Assembly: GCF_036365525.1 (NCBI RefSeq)
Contig: NC_090374.1
Coordinates: 138,112,685-138,176,684, forward strand
Direction: 5' to 3'
Length of the DNA stretch: 64,000 nucleotides
From: Heterodontus francisci
Taxonomy: Eukaryota
A program made the position numbers and the translations under genes. Positions 1 to 11,309 of the stretch are shown in pieces. Every line of letters starts with the position of its first letter. Within the stretch, counting starts at the first letter, position 1. Below the pieces are notes generated by a model. That model had not been told where the DNA came from, searched no databases, and saw nothing but the letters and a program-made list of their open reading frames with translations.

Positions 1-720
1 AGGATGTGGAGGAATAGTGAATAATAGTCAAAATCACATAGGATGTCAATTTTGGCTTTGATGAAGGCCATTTCAGTGCTGTGAAGGAGCAGAAACCTAA
101 TTGGAGGGTTCAAACATGGAGTTACAAGAAAGGTGGACATGGATTTGGGAGGTGACAACACGTTCAAGACATTGTAGAGGAAAGGGAGTTTGGATAGGAT
201 TCAAGAATAGGTATTTTGATAATGTTTTGAGGGCTATAATGATGGCAGATTTGAAAGGGAAGGAACTGTTAACACTATCAGCTAGCATGGAGTCTGGGAA
301 GGGAGGTGGGATGATCAGTAGTTTGGTAGGAATATTGTCGAAAGAGCAGGAGGTGTGTCTCATGGACAAGATGAGCTCAGAGAGGGCAGGTGGCGAGATA
401 GGAGAGCAACAAGAGAATTATACAAATTTAGGACTAGGGCAGGGGGGAGCCTTAGAGGAAGTTTGGCTTGGTGGGCGAGGGGAAGGAAAGGAGGCAGCAG
501 AGGCAGCTGAATGGATGATCTCAATCTCAGTGACAAAAAGTCCTTGAGCTTCTTGTGCTTGTTGTTGGAGGTGAGGATGGAATTGGCAGGGGAGAGGGTT
601 TTAAGGCGATAGTTGGTGGTAGAGAAAAGTAGATGGGGATTATCCTTGCTGTCTAAGATGATCATGGGAATAACGAGTAGTTTTGGCAGAGGGGAGCAGG
701 GCCCTATTGTGCTTAACATT
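1..720 (-). mobile_element. Degraded L2 LINE ORF2 fragment
   Basis: Minus-strand peptides SMRHTSCSFDNIPTKLL, LERVVTSQIHVHLSCNSMFE and KDNPHLLFST resemble the L2 region just upstream of and within the RT. Frameshifted. Confidence 0.75.
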
Positions 721-1029
721 GACCAGTCAGATCTGTTGATGAATGGCTAAACCAGTAGTGTATCATACATGTTCAAGTCTTCGCCCCTTGGAATTAAGGG
801 AGTGAAGGTGGGGGAACGATCAGGCAGGATCTCATAACTAAAAGCTTGTAATCTCTCACAAAGGTTTGTTGCACATGACAAGAACTCACTTAGGGCTCCC
901 GAGACATCTAAGGAAGCCTAAATGTGGCCTGCCTTTAACCAAATTGGTGGCTTGAAGCACACTGTTCCTGCCTCTCCTCCATTATGGGCCAAATTGGAAG
1001 ATATACCCAATCACTTCAATTTTAAACTT

Positions 1030-1420
1030 GGCTTTTGGTGAAGCAATGTCTTGATATTAAAATTCTCTTCTTTGTTTTCAAATCACTCCATGGCCTCGCC
1101 TTTCCCTATCTCTGTAATCTCCTCCAACCCCTCAACCCTCTGAGATATATTCTGGCCTCTAGAGCATTTCTGATTTTAGTCACTCCACCTTGGGTGGCCG
1201 TGTCCTCAGCTGCCTAGGCCCAAAGCACTGGAATTCCCTCCTTCTCTGCCTCTCCACCTCACTTTCCACTTTTAAGATGCTCTTTAAAACCTACTGCTTT
1301 GAACAAGCTTTTGGGCATCATCCCTCATATCTCCTTTTCTAGCTGTCAAATTTTGTTTTATCATGCTCATGTGAAGCTCCTTGGGACATTTTATTATGTT
1401 AAAGATGCTATATAAATACA
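1030..1420 (+). mobile_element. L2 LINE 3' end
   Basis: KILFFVFKSLHGLAFPYLCNLLQP...WNSLP, followed by a tail ending gtgaag..cttgggac...gctatataaat. Confidence 0.75.
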
Positions 1421-1469
1421 ATTCAGAACGTGAGAGTAACCAATTGCATATACTTTGTAATCTTGGTAC

Positions 1470-1664
1470 CAATGTTCCCTCTAAGCTGTACGGGTGTGCG
1501 CAAACTCAGAAATCTGGAATGTGCCTTGCAGGGGACAAACAGGTCGCCCACAAGCTGTGGTCCCTTTAAGCTGTGCGCATGTACGGCTGCACGGCAATAT
1601 TAAAGGGACCACTCAGTGCAAGAAATGGGCCATGTACAGCAAAGGGAAATTAGAGGGAACATTG
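1470..1664. mobile_element. hAT-type MITE (195 bp)
   Basis: Perfect 15-bp TIRs caatgttccctctaa / ttagagggaacattg. Flanking 8-mers cttggtac / cttggagt look like a decayed TSD. Confidence 0.75.
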
Positions 1665-2131
1665 CTTGGAGTATAGAGTTTTTGATTACTTAACAACTCT
1701 TAATTTTTCTAAAAAAACCAAATTTGTATATAGTACTGGTATTTGAATTGGAGTGGAAGTTATAACTGAAAAAAGTATTACTGGCCTATCTCCAAATTTA
1801 ACTCTTGTTCTGGTACAATTGAATCCTGATAAATGCAAAAGTAGTTTGCCAAGAAATGTTCTGCTTGAGTCAGGATTATGCTTCATCAGAATTTATATGT
1901 ACTTTAGATAAAAAATAGCCAGTTGACAAACCCTTGTACCACAACCCACTTAATCATATAGCACTTGAACCTAAAAAAAACAGAAAATGATTAATAAGTT
2001 ACATTTCACACAAAACAGATTAGATTTCTAAAATATTCTGGCATCTTGAGGTAGAATATCGCAGTTGGTTAGCTTTCATGGTGATGAACATAAAAATAGA
2101 ATTAAATAAAAACAAGTTATTGGATCATTTT

Positions 2132-2567
2132 GTCAGCCATGGTTCAGTTGGTAGTCACAAGGTTTCAGATTCAAGTTCCACTCCAGAGTTTGAGCACAAA
2201 AATCAAGACTGACACTCCAGCACAGTACTGAGGGAGTGCTGCACTGTCGGAGGTGCCGTCTTTCGGATGAGATGTTAAACCAAGGTCCCATCTGTCCGTT
2301 CTGGTGGATTTAAAAGATCCCATGGCACTATTTCGAAGAAGAGCAGGGGAGTTATCCCTGGTGTCCCAGCCAATATTTATCCCACAATCAACATCATAAC
2401 AAAACAAAAGAACAGATTATCTGGTCATTATCACATTGCTGTTTGTGGGAGCTTGCTGTACACAAATTGGCTGCTACGTTTCCTACATTACAACTGTGAC
2501 TGCACAGCGCTTTGAGACTTCTGGTGGTCATGATAAGCTCTGTATAAATGCAAGTTCCTTTCTTTCT
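2132..2567 (+). mobile_element. DeuSINE (SacSINE1/AmnSINE1-like)
   Basis: Deu-domain core gagggagtgctgcactgtcggaggtgccgtctttcggatgag...gatcccatggcactatttcgaagaagagcagggg, with an L2-like tail tataaatgcaag. Confidence 0.85.
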
Positions 2568-3965
2568 AGAAGTGTATATGATATGAGTTAGTTAAATAGA
2601 CTGGAATTCTGTACAAAGGGAGTGAACTGGAAATGATTCCGTACATGCGATTCAATGCAATGTGAGTGTCACAAATTTAGGGTTATGCCTTAGCCACATG
2701 CTTGGGTTCAGTCATGCTCCTTAAGAGCTGGGATAGATTCACAGTGCCCAATATCTACTTGTATGATAACATAATCCAGGGGTGCAACAACAGCATCTTT
2801 TTGTTGGATAATGGATTCAATATGTCCAAGCAATTTCCTATATATCCGCCACATATATAATCCAATGTTTTCAAAGGTGGACAAAAAACACACAGCAAAA
2901 TTAGGCAAGAAATGAATTGTTAAGCTGCTTTATCCCATAGCAAGTGAACATAGAGACCAAGTCATCATTGGATTTAATCAGTACAAACTATTTTTGGTAA
3001 TATTACAGAATAAAGATCATGTTAGGCTTTTCCACATCAGTGGGCCACCTTGCTTGGCTAAAGTAAAATAAGTCCTAACTACCCTCTTGCCTTCTCCTTC
3101 TGAGCTTGGCAAAAGCTTGCAGCCTTCTGTTTTAAAACCTGGTTGTCTTTGTCTTTTATCACCCACTGTTCACAGCCAGGTAAAGACTGCCAGATGATCC
3201 CTGCCAAGCACTCAGGTCCAGAGACTTCCTAACACAATGGATGCGAGATGTTTATGAATACAGAATCAGATTAATGAATTGTTTATTGTTACATTCTTTG
3301 GAGGTTAAGTGAATGGGCAAAAGATTAAGAGAATGGGCAAAATTGTGGCAATTTCAACATAGGCAAATATGACATCATCCATTTTGGACCTAAAATGTAT
3401 AGAATAGGGCACTTTCTAAACAGTGAAAAACTAGAAACAGTGGAATTCCAAAGAGTCTTGGGGGCCCAGGTAGATAGATCATTGAAATGTCAGGAACAGG
3501 TACAGAAATGAATCAAAAAGGCTAATGGAATGCTGACCTTTATATTTGGAAGACTAGAATACAAGGGCGTAAAACTGCTTCAAATATACAAAGCCCTGGT
3601 TAGACTCCACCTGGAGTGCTGTGAACAGTTCTGGGCACCATACCTCAGGAAGGATATACAGGCCTTAGAGGCAGTGCAGCGTAGATTTACTAGAATGATT
3701 CCTAGACTCCTAGGGTTAAATTACAAGGGGAGATTACACAAACCAAGGTTGTATTCCCTGGAATTTAGAAGGTTAAGTGTTGATTTGATCAAAGTTTTCA
3801 AGCTATTAATGGGAACCAGGGGTCGGCAGTGTGTCTGTACATGGACGTCACTGTCCATGGTAAAACATTTTGATGTCCGTGACTAGTAATTTAATGGATG
3901 AGAAATTTCCCATTGGCTTCTTCTTCCTAACCAGCCCATTTAAAAAAGAATTGCAGCCGTCCTTT

Positions 3966-4136
3966 TCAGTTTCACAGCTGACAGTTGTTTAGAGCAGAGA
4001 GAACGCTTCCAATTCAGACAAGCATGTGCTTTTCTTGTGGGTTCCAATTTTATTTAAAAAGCCTGCCGATAACCCCAAACTTGTCTGAATTGGAAGCGTT
4101 CTCTCTGCTCTAAACAACTGTCAGCTGTGAAACTGA
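3966..4136. repeat. Perfect 57-bp inverted repeat with 57-bp spacer
   Basis: 3966-4022 is the exact reverse complement of 4080-4136. Confidence 0.95.
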
Positions 4137-4492
4137 TTTTATTTATTTTTATTTTATTTATTTAGAGATACAGTACTGAAACAGGCCCTTCAGCCCACCG
4201 AGTCTGTGCTGACCAACAACCACCCATTTATACTAATCCTACATTAACCCCATATTCCCTACCACAACCCCACCATTCTCCTACTACCTACCTACACTAG
4301 GGGCAATTTACAATGGCCAATTTACCTATCAACCTGCAAGTCTTTGGCTGTGGGAGGAAACCGCAGCACCCGACGGAAACCCACGTGGTCACGGGGAGAA
4401 CTTGCAAATGCCGCACAGACAGTACCCAGAACTGAACCCGGGTCGCTGGAGCTGTGAGGATGTGGCGCTAACCACTGCGCCACTGTGCCGCC
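4137..4492 (-). mobile_element. HE1-type V-SINE
   Basis: tRNA-like head with A/B boxes (tggcgcagtgg, ggttcagttc), V-domain gtgggtttcc, CR1-like tail and an (AAAAT)n end. Confidence 0.9.
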
Positions 4493-4586
4493 TACTGATG
4501 GTTGCAATTTAAAAAAAAACAGATCAATCACAAAGCAGCTCTGGGCCGAGTTCTTGCTCTCTGCAACAGTCAGAGAGAGAGAGAGA

Positions 4587-4935
4587 GCGGCACAGTGGCG
4601 CAGTGGTTAGCACCGCAGCCTCACAGCTCCAGTGACCCGGGTTCAATTCTGGGTACTGCCTGTGTGGAGTTTGCAAGTTCTCCCTGTGTCTGCGTGGGTT
4701 TCCTCCGGGTGCTCTGGTTTCCACCCACATGCCAAAGACTTGCAGGTTGATAGGTTAATTGGCCATTATAAATTTTCCCTAGTATAGGTAGGTGGTAGGG
4801 AAATATAGGGACAGGTGGGGATGTGGTAGGAATATGGGATTAGTGTAGGATTAGTATAAATGGGTGGTTGATGGTCGGCACAGACTCGGTGGGCCGAAGG
4901 GCCTGTTTCAGTGCTGTATCTCTAAACTAAACTAA
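4587..4935 (+). mobile_element. HE1-type V-SINE inserted in (GA)n
   Basis: gcggcacagtggcgcagtggttagc...ggccgaagggcctgtttcagtgctgtatctctaaactaaact. Confidence 0.92.
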
Positions 4936-5680
4936 AGAGAGTGAGAGAGAGAGAGAGGGGGGAGCAGAGAGAGAGTGGCGGAATAGAGGGGGGACAGAGA
5001 GAGGGGTAACAGAGAGGGGGGGATCACAGAGAGAGGGGAACAGAGAGATAGAGTGAGGGGGGACAGAAAGAGAGAGGGTGACAGAAAGAGAGAGGGGGAC
5101 AGAGAGAGAGAGAGAGTGGGGATAGAGGGATAGAGAGTGGGGACAGGGAGAGAGAGAGGTAGGACAAGAAAGAGAATGGTGGGACAGAGAGAGCGGGGGA
5201 CAGGGAGAGAGAGCGGGGGACAGGGAGAGAGAGAGGGGGACAGGGAAAGAGAGAGGGGGACAGGGAAAGAGAGAGGGGGACAGGGAAAGAGAGGGGGGAC
5301 AGAAAGTGGGGGGGACAGGGAAAGAGAGGGGGGGACAGGGAAAGAGAGAGGGGGCAGGGAGAGAGAGGGGGGAACGGGGAGGGGGCAGGGAGAGAGATGG
5401 GGGGACAGGGAGAGAGGAGGAGGGGGGGACAGGGAGAGAGGAGGAGGGGGGGACAGGGAGAGAGGAGGAGGGGGGGACAGGGAGAGAGAGAGGGCATAGG
5501 AGAGAGGGGCAGAGAGAGAGAGAGGGGGCAGAGAGAGAGGGGGCAAAGAGGGGGAAGATGACACAGAGAGGGTGTGATGACACAGAAAAGGGGACCACAG
5601 AGAGAGGGACACAGAGGGGGGAGGGTGAGAGAGAGAGAGAGAGACAGACAGACAAATGAGAGAGAGAGAGAGAGAGAGAG
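4936..5680. repeat. Polypurine GA-rich minisatellite (gggggacagggaaagagaga-like units)
   Basis: About 745 bp of almost pure A/G on the + strand. The overlapping ORFs are low-complexity artefacts. Confidence 0.95.
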
Positions 5681-5689
5681 AAAAAGGGA

Positions 5690-6024
5690 GCGCGATCAAG
5701 GTCACTCCTGACAGATGGACATCTGTCTGAAATATTCCACATCGCTACAAGAAGTGTTCGGACAAACGCTGACTACTTGTGTAAATAAAAAATTCCCAGG
5801 TATCTCACTAAATCAGTGTCCAACTTAGTGATGAGAAAGTAAGTCAATAAATAGTCTTCTCATTTAAAGCTTCTTGACAAAACTGCACATTTGTTGTTTT
5901 GATCAATAGTAAAATAAATTTTTAATGCCTTTATCTTTCTGAAATTGTCTCACCGGCCCCCTCTGCAAGACAAAAATTGTAATGTGCCCCTCCGCCCCCA
6001 ACGCAAAACGATTGGACACCCCTG
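5690..6024 (+). mobile_element. 3' end of a Charlie/SPIN-like hAT element
   Basis: RSRSLLTDGHLSEIFHIAT...QVSH* resembles the GTF2IRD2/Charlie-type transposase C-terminus. Terminus ggccccc...ttggacacccctg. No matching left TIR found. Confidence 0.7.
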
Positions 6025-9000
6025 CTTCAAGCCTTTAACCTTGTGTTTTAAAAAACCTAGCAGCCAACTTATTTTAAAACACAAGTGTATAGGCTTGTAA
6101 ACTCATTTTAAAATGGCAAAAATCACCTTGGGAATGTCTCGATTTCTGCACTTTGGCACATATTACTTTCACCTGGGACACAAGCTTAGTGACAATTTGA
6201 AAGCTGCTGGACTTTTACTTTTATAAATATCATAATTATGCTGCTAACTGTTTAGAATCAGATTGTTCCAGAACTTGTATTGAGTGGAAAACAGGCAAGA
6301 AAATCTAAGGAATCTCCAGAGGTCAGCACCATAAGTTTCTCATGAATGCAACAGCACGGTGTAATGGGACTGAGTGATATTGGCAAAAACAGGATGTTGC
6401 TGATCCATATACAATAGTTAGTAAATACAATGTAATGGATAGCTTTCATAAACCTTAATCTATGATAAACTGGCAACAATTCCTTGACAAAATCTACGCT
6501 GCATTTGCAGGTTTAAAAACTGTCAGGGAAGACATAGTAAAAATGTATCATGTTTCTATGACCATGTTAGAAACAGTCATTAACTGATTTTATTTTGCTG
6601 CAAATTGGTTTATAAGAGAAGTTTTACAAGAATGTCAAAGATCAGTTGCTGCAATGTGCATCATTTACTATCCATTTGAGGTCAGATAACCTGAAAGGCC
6701 AATATCATTTGAAAGTTGTCTGTATCATATAATTACATTACTATAAAGGTGCACCTTTGCTAACAGTAAGACATTTGGCTTGGACAGAAATGAATTAGTC
6801 TGGGTACAATCTTACAGATAGCGACTAAACATTTTGTAACTGAATAATACATGTGGTAACAACTGCTCAATCTTTTGCAGAAAGCTTTTTGTTAATAATT
6901 ATCTTGTCAGAGCTGAATTGGAATCGACAGTGATAGACTACGATATAGACAGAAGTGAATTTATGAGTCGCTTTATTGGAGGAACTGAAGGGTGCTTTTT
7001 TATTTGTAATTGTGTCTATATAATTTCGTCACTAGCTTTGGTGAGCAAATGACAATTTGTCCATGAGAGATTCTGTTGTTTCCGTATTTTAGAATCCAGG
7101 ACCTGGTTTCACAGCCTGTCAAGATGAATAAACTAGTCTTGGCTACCTACCATCAATCTCTCTGTCCCTTACTGTCCCCACTCTGCATTTTTGTTTTACA
7201 TGACTCTTCTGAAGTACTATCTGCTTCAGATACATTTTACAAGCAGGTGGAGAAGTTGCACAAACAGAGACCATCACGAGTTAAATTGTCTTATGACAAC
7301 AGCAGTGTGAGAAATGGTCCATCTCCCTATTGCTGATTTTTATACTGTCTCACCTCAATAACCACAATAACAATCCTCTCCTTGAGTTTCACGGGTTATT
7401 GTGTGAATTTGCACTCCTGACACAGTGTGAATCCACAGAGGTCATCCGATAAGGTCCATCTACCACCCCGTGACATGGTGTAGGTAGCTCTATTCCATCA
7501 ACAAAAGTAATTGGCATTGCATACTATTTTGCTTGCTAGCTAGCTAATACAGTTGTGCTGCGCTCCATTGATGCTTGTATGCTTAGCTACTTTATTTATA
7601 GGGAGAAATGTGTTTTAAATTGGTTAGTGTTTTGATGGCATTAGATTGGCTATAGACTTTATATACAGCTTAATTTTGCTCCCATGTCCATGGCTGAGTC
7701 GATAATTTTGTCAAATGTCCGTGGTGCAACATTTTGGTGCCTATCCTTGATGGGAACACATGGGATAAGTAGAGATAAACTATTTCCACTGATTGGAGAG
7801 TCTAGGACTGGGGTGAATAGACTAAAAATCAGAGGCCGACTTTTCAGGAGTGAAATTAGGAAACACTTCTACACACAAAGGGTGGTAGACGTTTGGAACT
7901 CTCTTTCGCAAAACACAATTGATGCAAGATCAATTGTAAATTTTAAATATGAGATTGATAGATTTATGTTAATCAGAGGTATTAAGGATAGGGTAAAGAC
8001 CATATGGAGTTAGGTCAGAGATCAGCCATGATCTCATTGAATGGCAGAACAAGCTTGAAGGGCTAAATGGCCTACTCCTGTTCCTATGTTGGGGAAACCA
8101 ACCTCAATGTCCAGTTATTAGCAGATGAATCATCTTTTGTTTGTGCTTTTTTTCCCCCCTGAACTTGTGTGTGAACACTTAGGCCCATAATTTTCCTGGA
8201 TCCGCTTCCACTCCCGCTTTACCATTGTAATTTTGCTGCAAGTGTGGTAGGAATCACGTTTACATGTGTAAATGCAATTTGCACTGCAATTCCTGTAAAG
8301 TTAGGATGGCGAAGTGGAAGCTGCTCTGAATGCAGTCTTAAAAAAGTAGTATTTAAAAGTAACTTTTTCCAAATGTTTTGTGTGGAAAAATTGTCAAAAC
8401 ATAATCCCAAAATGTCATAGGAAAGTATAACCAGCTTGAGTTTCTTTGCCACTTCATGATGTGGTTGGAACCACTTGTTTATACTACAACTTTATTAATA
8501 CACTTCCAATCATCTTTAGGTCTCTGTTTAATGGCCTTTGCCACATTTGGCTTACTGTCTGATTTTATAAAATGAAAAATAAACAAAGTATAAGGGTGAA
8601 ATAACAGCAATATTTTCATTATACTGATTTGGATATCTCCTGAATGGGTGCTGAAGTGGTTATTCAGCTTGAACAGGTTAAATACTTGTAATAAAAAGTT
8701 TCCCAGTTGATGTAGCTGCTAAGAATGTAAAATTTGTTTGCATCATAAAAATTATAACATTGCAATTGAAAAGTTATACAGGTACTGGATAACCATCTAA
8801 TTTTCAAAACAAAATTGCTACAAGGAGCAACACTGTATTCTTATTATTAATGACTATTTATTCATATTTTGTAACTGTTAAATGCTTTCATCTTTAATTC
8901 CTCCCTTCTTTAAACATGTCAACCCACACAGTGCAATATTACCACTAACCCTCACCACCCCCCCCCCACCCCAAACAAACCCCTGCCACTGAGGCTGGGC

Positions 9001-9314
9001 AAGTGACTTCCTCAAAATTCTCTGGAAATGTTCCTGTGTAACCAAAGTCTTAGAGGTTATGTTTGACTCTCTTTGATTTCCCTCTTTTCCATTAAGGAAA
9101 CAGTTTAAACCACTCAACACCACTACTGAAGCTTTAGAAGCAATCCTAGCCTTTTCCTATGGGCAACTGCAGACATAAGGTTCTGTCCTAGCATTGTAGA
9201 TAGTTTAGTAACTGCAACTTGAAAATTTCTTTCTGCAATTACATTTTTATGGCTTAATAGAGAATAAGGGAACTGTGGTATTCTTGCATTGCATGAACAT
9301 ATATAGATATTCAC

Positions 9315-9497
9315 CTGGAAAACTGGGATGAGCAGACAATGCTCTGTGGAAGGCATCAAATCCAGCTTGTCCCACAGTTGTGGGAAATAAACAGTCTTCA
9401 AATGGAGGCACCATATTGCGAGGACTACCTTGGCGGATATTTCGAGAAGTTTCACTATACTGGGGTGGGTAGAAAGTCTGTAACTGACCATAATAAC
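9315..9497 (-). CDS. GLIS3: GLIS3 penultimate coding exon (equivalent of human exon 10), 183 nt
   Basis: Translates GYYGQLQTFYPPQYSETSRNIRQGSPRNMVPPFEDCLFPTTVGQAGFDAFHRALSAHPSFP, matching recalled human GFYGQLQKFCPPHY...VPSFEDCLVPTSMGQASFDVFHRAFSTH. Acceptor ttttgttttctctttttAG, donor CAG|GTGAAT. Phase 1, in frame with the 63315-63496 exon (G|GT = Gly). Confidence 0.93.
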
Positions 9498-9551
9498 CTA
9501 AAAAGAGAAAACAAAACAATTAGATAAACTGACCTAATTCTAGAATTTTAG

Positions 9552-9652
9552 AAATAAAAACAAGAAATGCTGGGAATACTCAGCAGGTCTGGCAGCATCT
9601 GTGGAGAGAGAAGCAGAGTTAACGTTTCAGGTCAGTGACCCTTCTTCAGAAC
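9552..9652 (-). mobile_element. Short Penelope-like element fragment with 13-bp TSD
   Basis: TSD tctagaattttag at 9539-9551 and 9653-9665. The sequence ctgaagaagggtcactgacctgaaacgttaactctgcttctctctccacagatgctgcc is typical of shark Penelope termini. Confidence 0.75.
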
Positions 9653-9655
9653 TCT
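9615..9655 (-). ncRNA. Minimal type-I hammerhead ribozyme motif
   Basis: 5'-AGAGUU CUGAAGA A GGGUC ACU GACCU GAA ACGU U AACUCU-3': stem I AGAGUU/AACUCU, CUGANGA core, 5-bp stem II, GAAA, palindromic ACGU stem III, GUU cleavage triplet. Confidence 0.65.
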
Positions 9656-11309
9656 AGAATTTTAGTTTTGTTTTGTTACTTATGGAATTAATCTATTAAA
9701 CTCTGAAGGTTTGTACAACTTGCGGAGCAATCAAGCAAAGATAGAATACAGCCCCTCGGCTGTGATAGCTTGTCATCCTCCCATTAGCTGTCAAGTATGA
9801 AAAAAATGTACACTGTAATGTCAGCTAGTTAGCCAAGATGGTGGAGCTGGGAAAGTGGCTTTGGACGTACCAAAACTGCTGTTTTGCTACTCTGCATGAA
9901 TGATGGGCAAATGAATAAAAACTTAAAATGATCTAAATTGAATAAAGTGCATTTTCAAGTATTCACAAATAATTTGGACCAAATCAGTTTTCTAGCTCTG
10001 TTCAGTGCTCAACTCAAATAGGAAAAAACACTGCAGTGTAAGTGAAGTCAATTTATTTTATTACATTATTATGGGCAATTACAAAATTACATATCGAAAA
10101 TACTGCACTCTATATAAATGTCTGAATGGAAAAAAGTGCTGATCAACTTTAGAGACAACATATCTTTGCACATGATTAAAGGCAGCTGTTCAGCAGAAAA
10201 TTATAATGAATTAAATGCTACACTTGCTGGAAGTGGACTGCTTTGTGAAAGGTTACAGCTGAGTCCTATTACAGGAGAAAACTGCTTCTATCGAAGCCAA
10301 GCCAGCTGGCAGGGCCCATCGGAACGCATACTGAACACATCTTTCACACTGCCTTGCACTCATTCTACATGTTTGCACCCTTCTGCAACTTCCTATTCAC
10401 AATTCAGAGAATTGCGTAATATTGTCTGCTGCAACCAATCGTAGCCTAGTAACAAGAAACCTAATAATGTGGAAAAAATACTGCCTTTTCCCAGATCATG
10501 CCCAGTGTGAAGAATACTGAATGCTATAATTATTTCAACTACAGCTATGTTAAATAGATGAATTAAAAAAATGCTCCTTCATCCCTATTCTTCTGATATA
10601 AACAATGCTTTTGTTCTGCCTTTATTGTTTTTTGCCAATGCAATTCAGGGTTCTAGCACAACACAAATACAGTTTTTACCATTTTGTATGATATTGATTA
10701 ATTGATGGGCTGAGCTTAGGTTACAGAATCCACAATGAAGAAAAGATAATTACATTGCAGATTATTTGGCTGTGTTTAATACAGACAATGACATTTCTTA
10801 AATTTATAATGGATATATGGGTTTGTTCTGCTGCCTTCTTTCTTACTTCTGTGTTATTTGTAATTACCTATGCAAGCCTTGAAGAATGATCATGTTAGCA
10901 AGCACCTCTTCACCACCTACACAGGTATATCAGCCATATCACTCTTTGACTCAGCTTTACATATCTTTCTCTTTCCTTGTTTCTCTTACTATTTTCTCTT
11001 TTTATCTCCAGTATCTATCCCTTTATGTACTTTTGAAGGTCAGTGTCCAAAATTCAGCCTACAGCCACATGTGGTCTGAGAGATCTTGATTAGGATTGCA
11101 AAAGCCTTTACTGGTTCTTTATATATTTTTGTGCACAGTGGGAAAAGTAATCTTGAAAATCTTTTGGCTACATATTCGTGGGGGTGTAGATCAATTGACA
11201 TAAAAGCTGCATTTCTGCAGGGCGATACCGTTCAGAGAGAAGTGTTTCTGAAACCGCCCAACAAGGCAGCAACTGCAGAAGGAAAACTATAGAAACAAAA
11301 CAAATGTGT

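Larger units (their letters stand above)
3817..7749 (+). mobile_element. hAT DNA transposon (3.9 kb including nested inserts) with perfect 8-bp TSD
   Basis: TSD atgggaac at 3809-3816 and 7750-7757. Imperfect TIRs caggggtcggca / tgcctatccttg (9/12). Shared subterminal tgtccatgg/atgtccgtg motifs. Possible relic of a hAT dimerisation domain near 7250-7330 (LNCLMT..VRNGPS). Confidence 0.8.
3300..8090 (+). mobile_element. CR1 LINE 3' fragment (3300-3816 and 7750-8090) split by a hAT insertion
   Basis: YKALVRLHLECCEQFWAPYLRKDI...IKVFKLLMG stops at 3816 and resumes as RDKLFPLIGESRT...FYTQRVVDVWNSL, followed by the CR1 3' tail. Confidence 0.88.

Noticed and set aside
4587-4660. tRNA genes at SINE heads (also 16551, 40751, 44485)
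   Set aside because: The A/B boxes run straight into SINE bodies, so these are tRNA-derived heads, not tRNA genes.
4927-5742. Long Pro/Ser/Leu- and Gly/Arg/Glu-rich ORFs (up to 271 aa)
   Set aside because: Translations of the GA-rich minisatellite, open simply because the repeat lacks stop codons.
1-9314. Canonical GLIS3 terminal exon (..DRCPSQLSSVYTEG*)
   Set aside because: No matching reading found on the minus strand; it is presumed to lie outside the window.
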